Below are positions 1 through 9,499 of a stretch of DNA of 64,000 nucleotides, piece after piece. Origin of the DNA: Solirubrobacterales bacterium (GTDB lineage Bacteria; Actinomycetota; Thermoleophilia; Solirubrobacterales; 70-9); assembly GCA_046330415.1 (NCBI GenBank), contig JAXLSW010000009.1, positions 3,162-67,161 of the forward strand. Reading direction: 5' to 3'. Within the stretch, counting starts at the first letter, position 1; each line of letters starts with the position of its first letter. A program made the position numbers and the translations under genes. The notes beneath the pieces were generated by a model, which made no database searches, had not been told where the DNA came from, and was given only the letters and a program-made list of their open reading frames with translations.

Positions 1-375
1 AAGCGGCACCTGCAGCGCGGGTTCGAGGAGCTGATCCGCATCCACGAGGCGGCCGGCGCGATCGAGCTGCAGGCGCTCAACAAGCGCACGCCCGTGTGGC
101 GGCGCGGCGACGACCCCGACGCCTTCATCGCCGACGTCATGGGCCTTTCGATGGCGCCCCGTGAGCTCGGGCTCTTCAGCGCCCACCAGATGGGGACCTG
201 CCGGATGGGTGCCGACCCCTCGACGTCGGTGGCGGATGGCTTCGGTCAACTGCACGACACCCCCGGCGTCTGGATCGGCGACGCGAGTGCCTTCCCGACC
301 GCATCGGGCACGAACCCGATGTTCACGGTGATGTCGCTGGCGCGTCGGACGGCGGCGGCGATCGCCGCGAGCTGA
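1..375 (+). CDS. GMC-family FAD oxidoreductase, C-terminal fragment (5' end lies outside the window)
   Basis: Frame 1 is open from nt 1. The tail FSAHQMGTCRMGADPSTSVADGFGQLHDTPGVWIGDASAFPTASGTNPMFTVMSLA is the conserved GMC C-terminal (active-site His) region. Confidence 0.8.
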   Translation, partial: KRHLQRGFEELIRIHEAAGAIELQALNKRTPVWRRGDDPDAFIADVMGLSMAPRELGLFSAHQMGTCRMGADPSTSVADGFGQLHDTPGVWIGDASAFPTASGTNPMFTVMSLARRTAAAIAAS

Positions 376-863
376 CGCGCCGCCGAGCCTGAGCGCCCCA
401 CCACCACCGCCGGGCCCCGCGCGTCGCGGCACCTCCCTGCCGCGAGCGAACCTGTCACCGGCAAGCAGGGAATAGGTCCGCTTCCGGGTGACAGGTCCAA
501 GACCCATCCGCCGCGGCTGGCGCCGGGGCGATGGGCAGCGAGGGGAGCATCGGAGATCCCGGTGAGGCCGGCCACCGCGGTGAGCTCCCACGCTCCCTTC
601 GCTGCCAATCGTGAAACGCGAGGCGATGGCGCCGCACCCCGCACGGAATCGCAATCGCACGTCTGTAGGACCTGCGATTGCGAGTTGGGCGCGGCTGCGG
701 CCGTCCGACGCGTATTGCCCTGCCATAGGTGGGTCGATACGCAACGCAGAGCGCCTGCGAGCCGAGATCCGGCTGAAGCCGGCCGGCGGCGCACGGCGGT
801 CCCTATTGACAAGGTGTCGATACGGGAATACGCTCGCGCGCGATGGCGGTGCTCCTGGGGAGG

Positions 864-1469
864 TCAGCTCGACCCGGCGTCGGCGATCGCGGGCAGCGTC
901 CCGGCGACCAGACGCTCGACGTCGTCGCGGGTGATCAGCCCCTCGGTCCAGCCCTGCAGCAGCGATTCGAAGAACCCGAGGAAGCCGAGCAAGCCGACGA
1001 GCACGCGCGGGGGAGGATCCTCGAGGCCGAGCTGGTTCATCGCGATGCCGCGGGCGAGCAGCATTCCGGATTCGCGCGTCGCGGCCTCGATCCGCTTGCC
1101 CTCGAGGTGCCGGGAGGCGCGGATCACCGTGATCGCCGGGTCGCCCGCCTCGACCAGGTCGAGGTAGCCCGCGAGGTTGCCGGGGAGCATGCCGCGCCCG
1201 CGCTCGGGGTCGACCTCGAGGCGTTCGATCACCTCTCCCCACGCCTGCTCGAGCACGGCGACGTAGAGGTCCTCCTTGCCCCCCTCGAAGTAGTGGTAGA
1301 TCAGCGGCCGGCCGACCCCCGCCTCGGATGCGATGGTGCCGAGCTCGGTCGCCGCGTAGCCGTGCTCGGCGAATACCTGGAGCGCGACGGCGACGAGATG
1401 ACGACGCCGCTCGGCCGGGGGAAGGCGCTTCGCCCGCTCCGTCGCCTGACTGTCTGCCTTCGTCATCAC
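864..1469 (-). CDS. TetR/AcrR family transcriptional regulator
   Basis: N-terminal HTH RRRHLVAVALQVFAEHGYAATELGTIASEAGVGRPLIYHYF. Divergent from the MMPL gene. Confidence 0.9.
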   Translation of the reverse strand: MMTKADSQATERAKRLPPAERRRHLVAVALQVFAEHGYAATELGTIASEAGVGRPLIYHYFEGGKEDLYVAVLEQAWGEVIERLEVDPERGRGMLPGNLAGYLDLVEAGDPAITVIRASRHLEGKRIEAATRESGMLLARGIAMNQLGLEDPPPRVLVGLLGFLGFFESLLQGWTEGLITRDDVERLVAGTLPAIADAGSS

Positions 1470-1524
1470 CGGGGATTAGACAGCACCGCGAGATGTCGTC
1501 CTGCGGCCGGATAGATTCACCGCG

Positions 1525-4092
1525 GTGACGGGCCCGCTCTACGCACTCCAGGAAGTTCGCCGCCGCAACACGGCTGGCCGGCGGTTGCGGCGTGGAGGCG
1601 GTCGTCCTGATCGGCCTCTCGGTTGCGACGGCGATCACCGGCGACCCACCGAGGACGACCTGACGATCCCCGGCAGCGACACCACCGCCGCGACCGACCT
1701 GCTCGACGACAAGTTCCCCGAGCAGGCCAACGGCACGGTGCAGATCGCGCTTGAAGCGGGTCAGGGGAAGCTCGACCAGGGCGACAACGCGAAGGCGATC
1801 AACGAGACCGTCAAGGCCTACAAGCAGCGCGACGACGTCAACTCGGTCGTCAGCCCACTGAGCGATGAGGGAGCGGATCAGCTCAGCAAGAGCGGGAAGA
1901 TCGGCTACATCGAGCTGACGCTCGACCCCGGTCCGGCCGAGCTGGAGGAGGACGAGGCCAACGACCTGATCGCGGTCGCTGACCCGGCGAAACGCGCCGG
2001 GATCGACGTGGCCGCAGGCGCCTACCTCGGCCAGGAGGTCTCGAAGTCCTCGACCGAGTCCAGCGAGGCGATCGGGATCGCGGTGGCGATAATCGTCCTC
2101 CTGTTCGCGTTCGGCACCGCCGCGGCGATGCCGCTGCCGATAGTGACCGCGATCTTCAGCCTCGGCACCGGGCTGAGCCTGATCGGTCTACTCGGCCACG
2201 TGCTCTCGGTGCCCTCGATCGCGGCGACCCTGGGGACGATGCTCGGGCTCGGCGTCGGGATCGACTACGCGCTCTTCCTGATCACCAGGCACAAGGAGTT
2301 CCTCGATCGCGGCTTCAGCGTCGAGGAGTCGGTTGCGCGCGCCACCGCCACCTCGGGCGGCGCGGTCGTCTTCGCGGGCAGCACCGTCGTCGTCGCCCTC
2401 CTCTCGCTCTACTTCGGCGGCATCCCGATCGTGCGGGCGCTGGGCTACTCGGCGGCGATCGTCGTCGCCGTCTCGGTCATCGGCGCGATCACGCTGCTGC
2501 CGGCGGTGCTCGGGATCCTCGGCGAGCGGATCAACGCCGGGAGGTTGCCGTTCGGCGGCCACTCCCACGACGACAAGCCTCACGGCTGGCTGCGGTGGGC
2601 GCGGGGAATCGGCAAGCGGCCGATCCCGGCCGCGACCCTCGGCATGGTGATCCTCGTCGCGCTGGCGCTGCCGGTGCTCGACATGTCGCTCGGCCAGCCC
2701 GACAACAGCCAGCTGCCGACCGACACCCAGACCCGCCGCTCCTACGACATCCTCAGCGAGGGCTTCGGCCCGGGCACCAACGGCCCTCTGCTCATCTCGG
2801 TCAAGCTGAACCCGCCCGCCCAGCCCGATACGAAGAAGCTGAAGAAGGTCCAGCAGCAGCAACAGCAGCAGCAGGAGCAGGCTCAGCAGCAGTACGAGGA
2901 GCAGGTGCAGCAGGCCGAGGCCGAGGGAGAGCCCCCGCCTCCCGAGCCGACGGGGCCGAGCAAGAAGCAGCAGCAGGAGCAGAAGCAGCAGGAGCAGTTC
3001 CTGAAGTCGACCGCGAGCGATCCGCGTTTGACCAAGCTGAGCAACCAGATCGGCAAGGACCCTGACGTCGCCGACGTCTCGTTCCCGTCGGTCAACAAGT
3101 CGGGGACGGCCGCGATCCTCAACGTCACCTCCGATTCCTCACCCGTCTCCGACCGCACCGTCGACCTCGTCAACCGCCTGCGCGACGACGTCATCCCCGC
3201 GGCTTTGAAGGGCTCGTCGGGCACTGTCGCCTACGTCGGTGGCTCGACCGCCGCCTACATCGACCTCGCCGACGAGATCGGCGAGAAGCTGCCGCTGGTC
3301 ATCGCAATCGTCCTTCTCCTCAGCTTCATCCTGCTGATGCTCGCCTTCCGCTCAATCGTGGTGCCGCTGACGGCGGGGCTGATGAACCTGATCTCCGTCG
3401 CGGCTTCCTACGGGGTGCTGGTTGCGGTGTTCGAGAAGGGCTTCGGCCTGTCCCTGATCGGCCTCGACCACACGTTGCCGATCGTCTCCTTCGTGCCGCT
3501 GTTGATGTTCGCGATCCTCTTCGGTCTCTCGATGGACTACCAGGTGTTCCTGCTCACCAAGATCCAGGAGCACTACAAGGAGGGGATCGGCAACCACGAC
3601 GCGGTCGTCGAGGGCCTGGCCGGAACCGCGCGGGTGATCACCTCGGCGGCCTGCATCATGGTCGCCGTCTTCACCAGCTTCGTCCTCAACGGCGACCCGA
3701 CGGTCAAGCAGTTCGGGGTCGGGCTCGCCGTCGCGGTGGCGATCGATGCCACCGTTGTGCGCTGTCTGCTGGTGCCGTCGGTCATGGTCCTGCTGGGGCA
3801 TGCCAACTGGTGGTTCCCCTCTTGGCTCGGCTGGCTCCCACACGTCGGGATCGAGGGCGAGGAGTTCTTCGCGGCGCTCGATGCCGGCCAGGGTGAGGAG
3901 CCGGACGAGGGTCACCAGGAGGACGACGGGCCGGAGGACGCGGAGCCTGCGGGCGGGGAGGACGCGCAGGACGCGGACGACGCGGACCCTGCGGACGACG
4001 CGGATGACGCGGATGACGCGGACGGCGATGAGGACGACGAAGGCGATGCGGCCGCCGGCGCGGACCGACCCGAGGCGCCGCCCGAGCCGTAG
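1525..4092 (+). CDS. MMPL/RND-type membrane transporter with a Q-rich insertion and an acidic C-terminal tail. The N-terminus is questionable.
   Basis: Two bundles of hydrophobic helices (AIGIAVAIIVLLFAFGTAAAMPLP..., LPLVIAIVLLLSFILLMLAFRS...) separated by soluble domains. This is typical MMPL architecture and TetR pairing. The annotated frame lacks TM1 (see findings). Confidence 0.8.
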   Translation: MTGPLYALQEVRRRNTAGRRLRRGGGRPDRPLGCDGDHRRPTEDDLTIPGSDTTAATDLLDDKFPEQANGTVQIALEAGQGKLDQGDNAKAINETVKAYKQRDDVNSVVSPLSDEGADQLSKSGKIGYIELTLDPGPAELEEDEANDLIAVADPAKRAGIDVAAGAYLGQEVSKSSTESSEAIGIAVAIIVLLFAFGTAAAMPLPIVTAIFSLGTGLSLIGLLGHVLSVPSIAATLGTMLGLGVGIDYALFLITRHKEFLDRGFSVEESVARATATSGGAVVFAGSTVVVALLSLYFGGIPIVRALGYSAAIVVAVSVIGAITLLPAVLGILGERINAGRLPFGGHSHDDKPHGWLRWARGIGKRPIPAATLGMVILVALALPVLDMSLGQPDNSQLPTDTQTRRSYDILSEGFGPGTNGPLLISVKLNPPAQPDTKKLKKVQQQQQQQQEQAQQQYEEQVQQAEAEGEPPPPEPTGPSKKQQQEQKQQEQFLKSTASDPRLTKLSNQIGKDPDVADVSFPSVNKSGTAAILNVTSDSSPVSDRTVDLVNRLRDDVIPAALKGSSGTVAYVGGSTAAYIDLADEIGEKLPLVIAIVLLLSFILLMLAFRSIVVPLTAGLMNLISVAASYGVLVAVFEKGFGLSLIGLDHTLPIVSFVPLLMFAILFGLSMDYQVFLLTKIQEHYKEGIGNHDAVVEGLAGTARVITSAACIMVAVFTSFVLNGDPTVKQFGVGLAVAVAIDATVVRCLLVPSVMVLLGHANWWFPSWLGWLPHVGIEGEEFFAALDAGQGEEPDEGHQEDDGPEDAEPAGGEDAQDADDADPADDADDADDADGDEDDEGDAAAGADRPEAPPEP
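2851..2913 (+). repeat. Imperfect CAG/CAA trinucleotide tract encoding a Q-run inside the MMPL gene
   Basis: cagcagcagcaacagcagcagcaggagcaggctcagcagcag... translates to QQQQQQQQEQAQQQ. Confidence 0.8.
3961..4046 (+). repeat. Imperfect GAYGCG-type hexanucleotide repeats encoding the D/A-rich acidic tail of the MMPL protein
   Basis: gacgcgcaggacgcggacgacgcggaccctgcggacgacgcggatgacgcggatgacgcggacggcgatgag translates to DAQDADDADPADDADDADDADGDE. Confidence 0.75.
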
Positions 4093-4103
4093 TCTCCGCG
4101 GCG

Positions 4104-5123
4104 ATGGAAGCCGCGAAGCTGACCGTCGCCGTCACGGGCCCGACAGGGGAGATCGGTCTCGCAGCTCTCCGCGCCCTCGACCACGCGCCGAGCGTCGGCC
4201 GGGTGATCGGCATGGCGCGCAGTCCGTTCCGCCCCTCCGATCACGAGCTCAGCGACAAGGTCGAGTACCGGCGCGGGGACGTGCTCGATCGTGACTCGGT
4301 TGACGCTCTCGTCGCCGGCGCCGACGTCGTCCTCCACCTCGCGTTCATCATCATGGGCGAGCCGGAGGAGGCTCGCGCGATCAACCTCGAGGGCAGCCGC
4401 AACGTCTTCGAGGCGACGGTGGCGGCGGGGGCGCGTCGTCTCGTCTACACCTCGTCGGTCGCCGCCTACGGGTTCCACTCCGACAACCCGCAGCCGCTGA
4501 CGGAGGACACCGAACCGCGCGGTAGCGAGAGCTTCTACTACTCCGCCCACAAGGCCGAGATGGAGCGCGTGCTCGACGAGACGCTCGCCGGCTCCGACGT
4601 CGGTGCCTGGGTGTTCCGCCCCTGCATCGTCGCCGGCGCCGGGGCTCCGATGCTGATCGAGACCATGGTCGGGTCGCTGCCGATCTTCGGCCAGCTGAAG
4701 CTGGCTCGGCGAATCGCCGACCAGGTCCCGTTCCTGGGCCCTGTCCTTCCCGACCCCGGCGTTCCCTTCCAGCTCGTCCACACCGACGACGTCGCCCAGG
4801 CGCTGCTCGCCGCCGTCGAGGGGAGGGGGGAGCCCGGCCGCTACAACCTCGCCGGTCAGGGGGCGATGACCATCGGGCGGATGGCGCGGGCGTTGGGCTG
4901 GCTCTCGATCCCGGTCCCGGGGGCCGCGGTCGTCTCGCTCGACGAGCTGCTTCGCAGGCTGCCCGGGATGCCCCCGGAGGCCGCCTGGCTGACCGCGTTC
5001 CGGGTGCCGACGCTGATGGACACGACGAAGGCGAGGACGGAGCTCGGCTGGCATCCGCACTGGGACGCCGAGGCGACCCTGCAGGAGACCATCTCCGGCG
5101 CCCGCGAGGCGGGCATCCTCTGA
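4104..5123 (+). CDS. NAD-dependent epimerase/dehydratase (extended SDR)
   Basis: N-terminal Rossmann motif VAVTGPTGEIGLA, a YxxxK-like YYSAHK, about 340 aa. Confidence 0.85.
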   Translation: MEAAKLTVAVTGPTGEIGLAALRALDHAPSVGRVIGMARSPFRPSDHELSDKVEYRRGDVLDRDSVDALVAGADVVLHLAFIIMGEPEEARAINLEGSRNVFEATVAAGARRLVYTSSVAAYGFHSDNPQPLTEDTEPRGSESFYYSAHKAEMERVLDETLAGSDVGAWVFRPCIVAGAGAPMLIETMVGSLPIFGQLKLARRIADQVPFLGPVLPDPGVPFQLVHTDDVAQALLAAVEGRGEPGRYNLAGQGAMTIGRMARALGWLSIPVPGAAVVSLDELLRRLPGMPPEAAWLTAFRVPTLMDTTKARTELGWHPHWDAEATLQETISGAREAGIL

Positions 5124-5206
5124 AGCTGCGTCCGCACCTGTTCACGCCCCTCGATTGCGGATAGATTCGGCGTTCCGAGAAGGCTTACGCGAAGGAGAGC
5201 TTGACG

Positions 5207-5566
5207 ATGGGTTTCATGGACAAGATGAAGAAGGCGGCCGAGTCCGCGCAGGCGCAGACGAGCAAGGTCGGCATCGGCGCGAGCGCCGATCAGATGGCAC
5301 TGGCCAACCTCGCGCAGAAGCTGATGAAGAGCGGTGTCGACACCCCCGCCCACATCGACTCGATGACCCCGACCGGCAAGACCGACACGCCCGGGGGCGC
5401 CGAGAACGTCATCGAGCTCACGGTCAAGCCCGCGGGCGGCGATCCGTACGCGGTGACGATGAACCAGTACATCTACCCCTCGGCGCCGTTCAGCTCGGGA
5501 GAGGACGTCACCGTCAAGGTCGACCCCGACGATCCCCAGGCCGTGATGATCTGGGGCAAGGGCTGA
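5207..5566 (+). CDS. Small soluble hypothetical protein
   Basis: GAAGGAGAG RBS lies 7-8 nt upstream of the ATG at 5207. G/C-biased third codon positions. No family recognised. Confidence 0.55.
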   Translation: MGFMDKMKKAAESAQAQTSKVGIGASADQMALANLAQKLMKSGVDTPAHIDSMTPTGKTDTPGGAENVIELTVKPAGGDPYAVTMNQYIYPSAPFSSGEDVTVKVDPDDPQAVMIWGKG

Positions 5567-5573
5567 GGCGCAC

Positions 5574-6898
5574 CTACCGCCGGCTCGAGCTCGCCCGGCT
5601 CGAGGCGGAGCCGGGCTCCGATCCCGGTGGCGGCAGCCAACGCCGGCTCAGCGGCGCCGCGGTCACACCGTGGACGACGATCGAGATCGTCACGCAGACG
5701 AACGTCGTCCAGATGATCAGCCGCGCGTCCGCCGGCGCCAGCTCGGCGGCGCCGGCCACGATCGCGGCGTAGTAGATCGAGCTGATCCCTCTGACCCCGA
5801 ACCAGCCGACGAACAGCCGCTCGCGCGCCGGGATCGAGGAGCCGAGCAGTGAGATCCAGACCGCGACCGGTCTGATCAGGAGCAGAAGCAACGGCACAAG
5901 CACCCAGCCGCTGAGGCCGGGGACCTGGATGCCGGCGACGCTGATCATGCTCCCGTAGAGCAGGATCACCGTCAGCTCGCCCAGCTTCTCGACGACCTCG
6001 GCGCCGTCGTGGACAGTGGTGTTGAGCTCGTGAGAGGACTCGTAGCGGCGGAACGCGAGACCACCCGCGAACGCGGCCAGGAAGCCGTAGGCACCGGCGA
6101 CCTCCGCGAGCCCGTAGATCAGCAGAACGGTCGGGATCGCCAGCACGCGTCGAAGCTCGTCGCGAGCAGCCCCCGATCGCGGAGCCGGCGGGCAACCGCC
6201 CCGGCCAGGTAGCCGACCGCGACTCCGATCCCCATCCCGACGGCGATCGCGTAGAGGACATCGGCGAGCAGCCAGTCGCCGATCCACGACGTCCCTCCCG
6301 GATCGATCATGAACAGCCCCGCGAACAGGAAGGGGAAGGCGAGGCCGTCGTTGAGTCCCGCCTCGCCGGTGATCGAGAAGTTCGGCTCGTGCTCCTCCTC
6401 ATCGCCAGGGGGGCCGACGCCGATGTCGCCCGCGAGGACAGGATCGGTGGGTGCGAGCACCGCGCCGAGGATGAGCGCGGCTCCGACCGAGAGGCCCATC
6501 GCCTCGTGTCCGAACAGCGTGATCGCGCCGATCGTCAGCGGCAATGCGACGATCAGGAGGCGACCGACGCCGGCCCACGCGAGCCTGGTGAACGGCCGGT
6601 CCAGCTTCAGGCCGGTCGCGAAGAGGGCGACGATCACGGCGAGCTCGGTGACGTGCTCGAGCAGCTCCGCGTCCTCGATCGGCCTGATCCAGTGCAGGCC
6701 GAGGACCTCGATCGCGACGGCGGCGACGATCCCGAGCCCGAGGTAGATCATGCTCGCCGAGAAGGCGCGCTCCCGCTGGTGTGAGAGGGCGCCGATCGCC
6801 GCGAAGATCGCGATCGCGCAGAAGACGATGCCCACGGGGTAGAGGTCGGCGAACGAGAAGCCGCGCTCGGCGGCGGTCGTGAGGGCTGCGGCGAACAC
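5574..6898 (-). pseudogene. Na+/H+ (cation:proton, CPA1-type) antiporter split by a 1-nt frame break
   Basis: The N-terminal half ends ...VGYLAGAVARRLRDRGLLATSFDACWRSRPFC* (stop at 6119). The C-terminal half continues in the -1 frame as ...ARDELRRVLAIPTVLLIYGLAEVAGAYGFLAAFAGGLAF.... The break maps to the C5 run at 6170-6174. The GTG start at 6898 is tentative. Confidence 0.8.
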
Positions 6899-6985
6899 GA
6901 AGCTGGCGATGGTGACACGTCGGCCGCGTGGCCCTCGCTCACCCCTCCACACCTGCGATCCAACGCGGATGCTGCTGCGATAATC

Positions 6986-9460
6986 GTGCCGGTGAAGAGC
7001 GCCGGAGCAAGAAGCCTTCCGGTCGTTCTGGCCGCTCTCGCCACTTCGGCGAGCCTTCTCGCCGCCGCTGCGCCGGCGCATGCGGTCAGGGCGGGCGTCT
7101 CCGTCGATCCCCGGAGCGGCGCGATCACGATCAGACCGGACGAGCCCGGCGGGCCGGTGCTTCGCGAGTCCACCCGCCGTGGGTCCGGGCCCGGCGGAAG
7201 GGTCGGCTTCCTCGACGACGGGCGCTGGTACCACGCACGGTCGTTGGTCAAGGTCAAGGAGGCCGACGGCAGGAGGACCTACGTGCTCGAGACCGGTGAC
7301 CCGTCGAAGCGGCGGATCCTGCTCGGCGTCGAAGGCCTCGACGACGGGATCACCGGGATCAGCGCCTCCTTGAACGAGGGGAGCGCGGACGCCATCGGCA
7401 TCGGCTTCGACGCCCCGAAGCGGGAGCGGATGCTCGGGTTCGGCTAGCGCTCCGACCACGTCGACCAGCGCGGCAACACGGTCGAGAACTACGTCGGCGA
7501 GGGCCCCTACCAGCCCACGGAGTACGCCGTGCCCGCCGCGAGCGTCCCGCCCTGGGGATTCCACGAGCGCAGCGACGCGACCTACTTCCCGATGCCCTGG
7601 CTGCTCTCCACGCGCGGCTATGGGGTCCTCGCCGAGAACCTCGAGACGAGCCGCTTTCGCCTCGGCAGCGAGGAAGCCTCCGAGTGGAGCGTCGAGGCCG
7701 ACGCACAGCGGCTCGACCTGAAGGTCTACGCCGGCCCCGAGCCCGCCGACGTCGTCAGGCGGATGAGCGCCGACGTCGGCCGTCAGCCGAAGCCCGACGC
7801 CCCGTGGCTCTTCGGGCCCTGGTTTCAGACCGGGCATCAGAACACGGCGCCGGGTGAGCTCTCCTACGTCGACATCCTCCGCGAGGCCGACGCGCCGATC
7901 TCGGCCGCCGAGACGCACATGCGCTACATGCCCTGCGGCTCCGACCAGAGCCAGGAGGCCGCCGAGCGCGGCCGCACCGACGCGCTGCACGCCGAGGGCC
8001 TCGCCGTGGTCACCTACACGCGCGAGGCGGTCTGCGCCTCCTACCCCGCTGCCTTCGATCCCGCAGTGGCCACCGGCGCCTTCCTCGAGCACACCGACGG
8101 GACGCCCTACACGCTGCAGACCTTCGTCGGATCCGGCGTCACCCAGGTCGGGATGCTCGACTTCACCGACCCCGCCGCCGCGGACGTCTACGGGACGATC
8201 CTCGACCGCGCCTACACGGCCGGATACGACGGCTGGATGGAGGACTACGGCGAGTACGCCCCGCCGGATTCACTCGCGCACAACGGCATGGGCGGCGACC
8301 GGATGCACAACTACTACCCGGTGGCCTATCACCGGGAGGGACGGCGCTACTCGAAGTCGAAGGACCGCCCGATCATCCGCTTCAACCGCTCGGGGTTCAC
8401 CGGAGCGGCCCGCTACTCGCAGATCGTCTGGGGAGGGGACCCGACAACCGGCTGGGGCTTCGACGGGCTCGCCTCCGCGGTGAAGGAGGCGTTGACGATG
8501 GGCCTCTCCGGGGTCTCGTTGTGGGGCTCGGACATCGGCGGTTTCTTCACCCTCTCCGACCAGAAGCTGACCCCGGAGCTGCTCGCCCGCTGGATCGAGT
8601 TCGGCGCCTTCTCCGGCGTCATGCGCTCGAAGGCGGAGGGGATCGGCGTTCCCCTCGCGTCGCGCCCGCAGATCTGGGAGCAGCCGACGCTGCCGATCTG
8701 GCGCCGGTACGCGAAGCTCCGCACCCAGCTGTATCCCTACCTGCAGGCGGCTGACGCCGAGTACCGGCGCAGCGGCATGCCGATCATGCGCCAGCTCTCG
8801 CTGATCGCCCCCGACGACCGCCGCGCCACCGGTCTCGACGACCAGTTCATGTTCGGCGACGACCTGATGGTCGCCCCGGTGCTGGAGCCGGGCGCCACCT
8901 CGCGGGGCCTCTATCTGCCGCAGGGTCGCTGGATCGACTTCTGGAAGGCGATCTCCTACCGTGAAGGCGACGGCTCCCTGCGGCTGCAGCGTGCGGCGAC
9001 GATCGGTGGCGGTCGCGCGGTCGATGTGTCGGCGCCGCTCGAGCGGATGCCGCTGATGGCTCGGGCGGGGATGCTTCTGCCCCTGCTTCCGGCCGATACC
9101 GAGACGCTCGCTCCCTACGCGGCGAGCGATCACGTCGGCCTCGACGACAGCCGCGGAAAGATGAAGGTGATCGCGCTCCCGCGGAAGCGCTCGACCGCGG
9201 GCTTCGGCCGACGCGGGAAGCTCACCTCTCGAGAGGGGCGCGGCCGCTGGGCGCTGCGGGTCGATCCGGGGAACGGCCGGGTGACCAAGCTCGATCTCGA
9301 GGCCTCGATGCGGACGCTGCGGCACCCGTTCCGGCCGCGAAGCGTCGAACTCGATGGGATCCGCCTCGCGCGGTCGGGATGGAGCTACGAGCGCCGCACC
9401 GGCGTGCTCGAGGTGCAGGCGAAGGTGCCCGCCGGCGGCACGATCTCGGCATCGCGCTGA
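6986..9460 (+). pseudogene. Secreted glycoside hydrolase family 31 (alpha-glucosidase/xylosidase-like) interrupted by an in-frame TAG at 7445-7447
   Basis: ORFs 6986-7447 and 7529-9460 are in the same frame. Signal peptide MPVKSAGARSLPVVLAALATSASLLAAAAPAHA. GFG*RSDHVDQRG aligns with GFGGRHDRLDQRG of the paralog at 35806. GH31-type catalytic region GYDGWMEDYGEY. Confidence 0.8.
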
Positions 9461-9499
9461 GCGCGGTGCCGCCCGCTTCGCGTGTGATGTGATGCGCGG

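Noticed and set aside
451-497. SRP (4.5S) RNA-like element, suggested by GGTGACAGGTCC
   Set aside because: The conserved GGAAGGAAGCAGC domain-IV motif and the symmetric and asymmetric loops are absent. Only a generic hairpin remains.
1509-1519. The recurrent GGATAGATTC (also at 5158-5168, with TAGATT upstream of tRNA-Leu) as a shared regulatory motif
   Set aside because: It is most simply a TANNNT -10 hexamer occurring in several promoters. No convincing -35 partner or further conservation was seen, so it is not listed as a feature.
2851-2913. Possible CRISPR-like or other non-coding tandem repeat (CAG tract, GAYGCG tract, GAC/CGC tract in rho at about 47310-47360)
   Set aside because: All are in-frame coding microsatellites inside good ORFs. 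There is no repeat-spacer periodicity and no cas genes anywhere in the window.
7445-7447. The TAG in GH31 as a programmed pyrrolysine or other recoding site
   Set aside because: No pyl genes or recoding signals are visible. The lineage context (Actinomycetota-like) makes Pyl implausible. A point mutation or base-call error explains it more simply.
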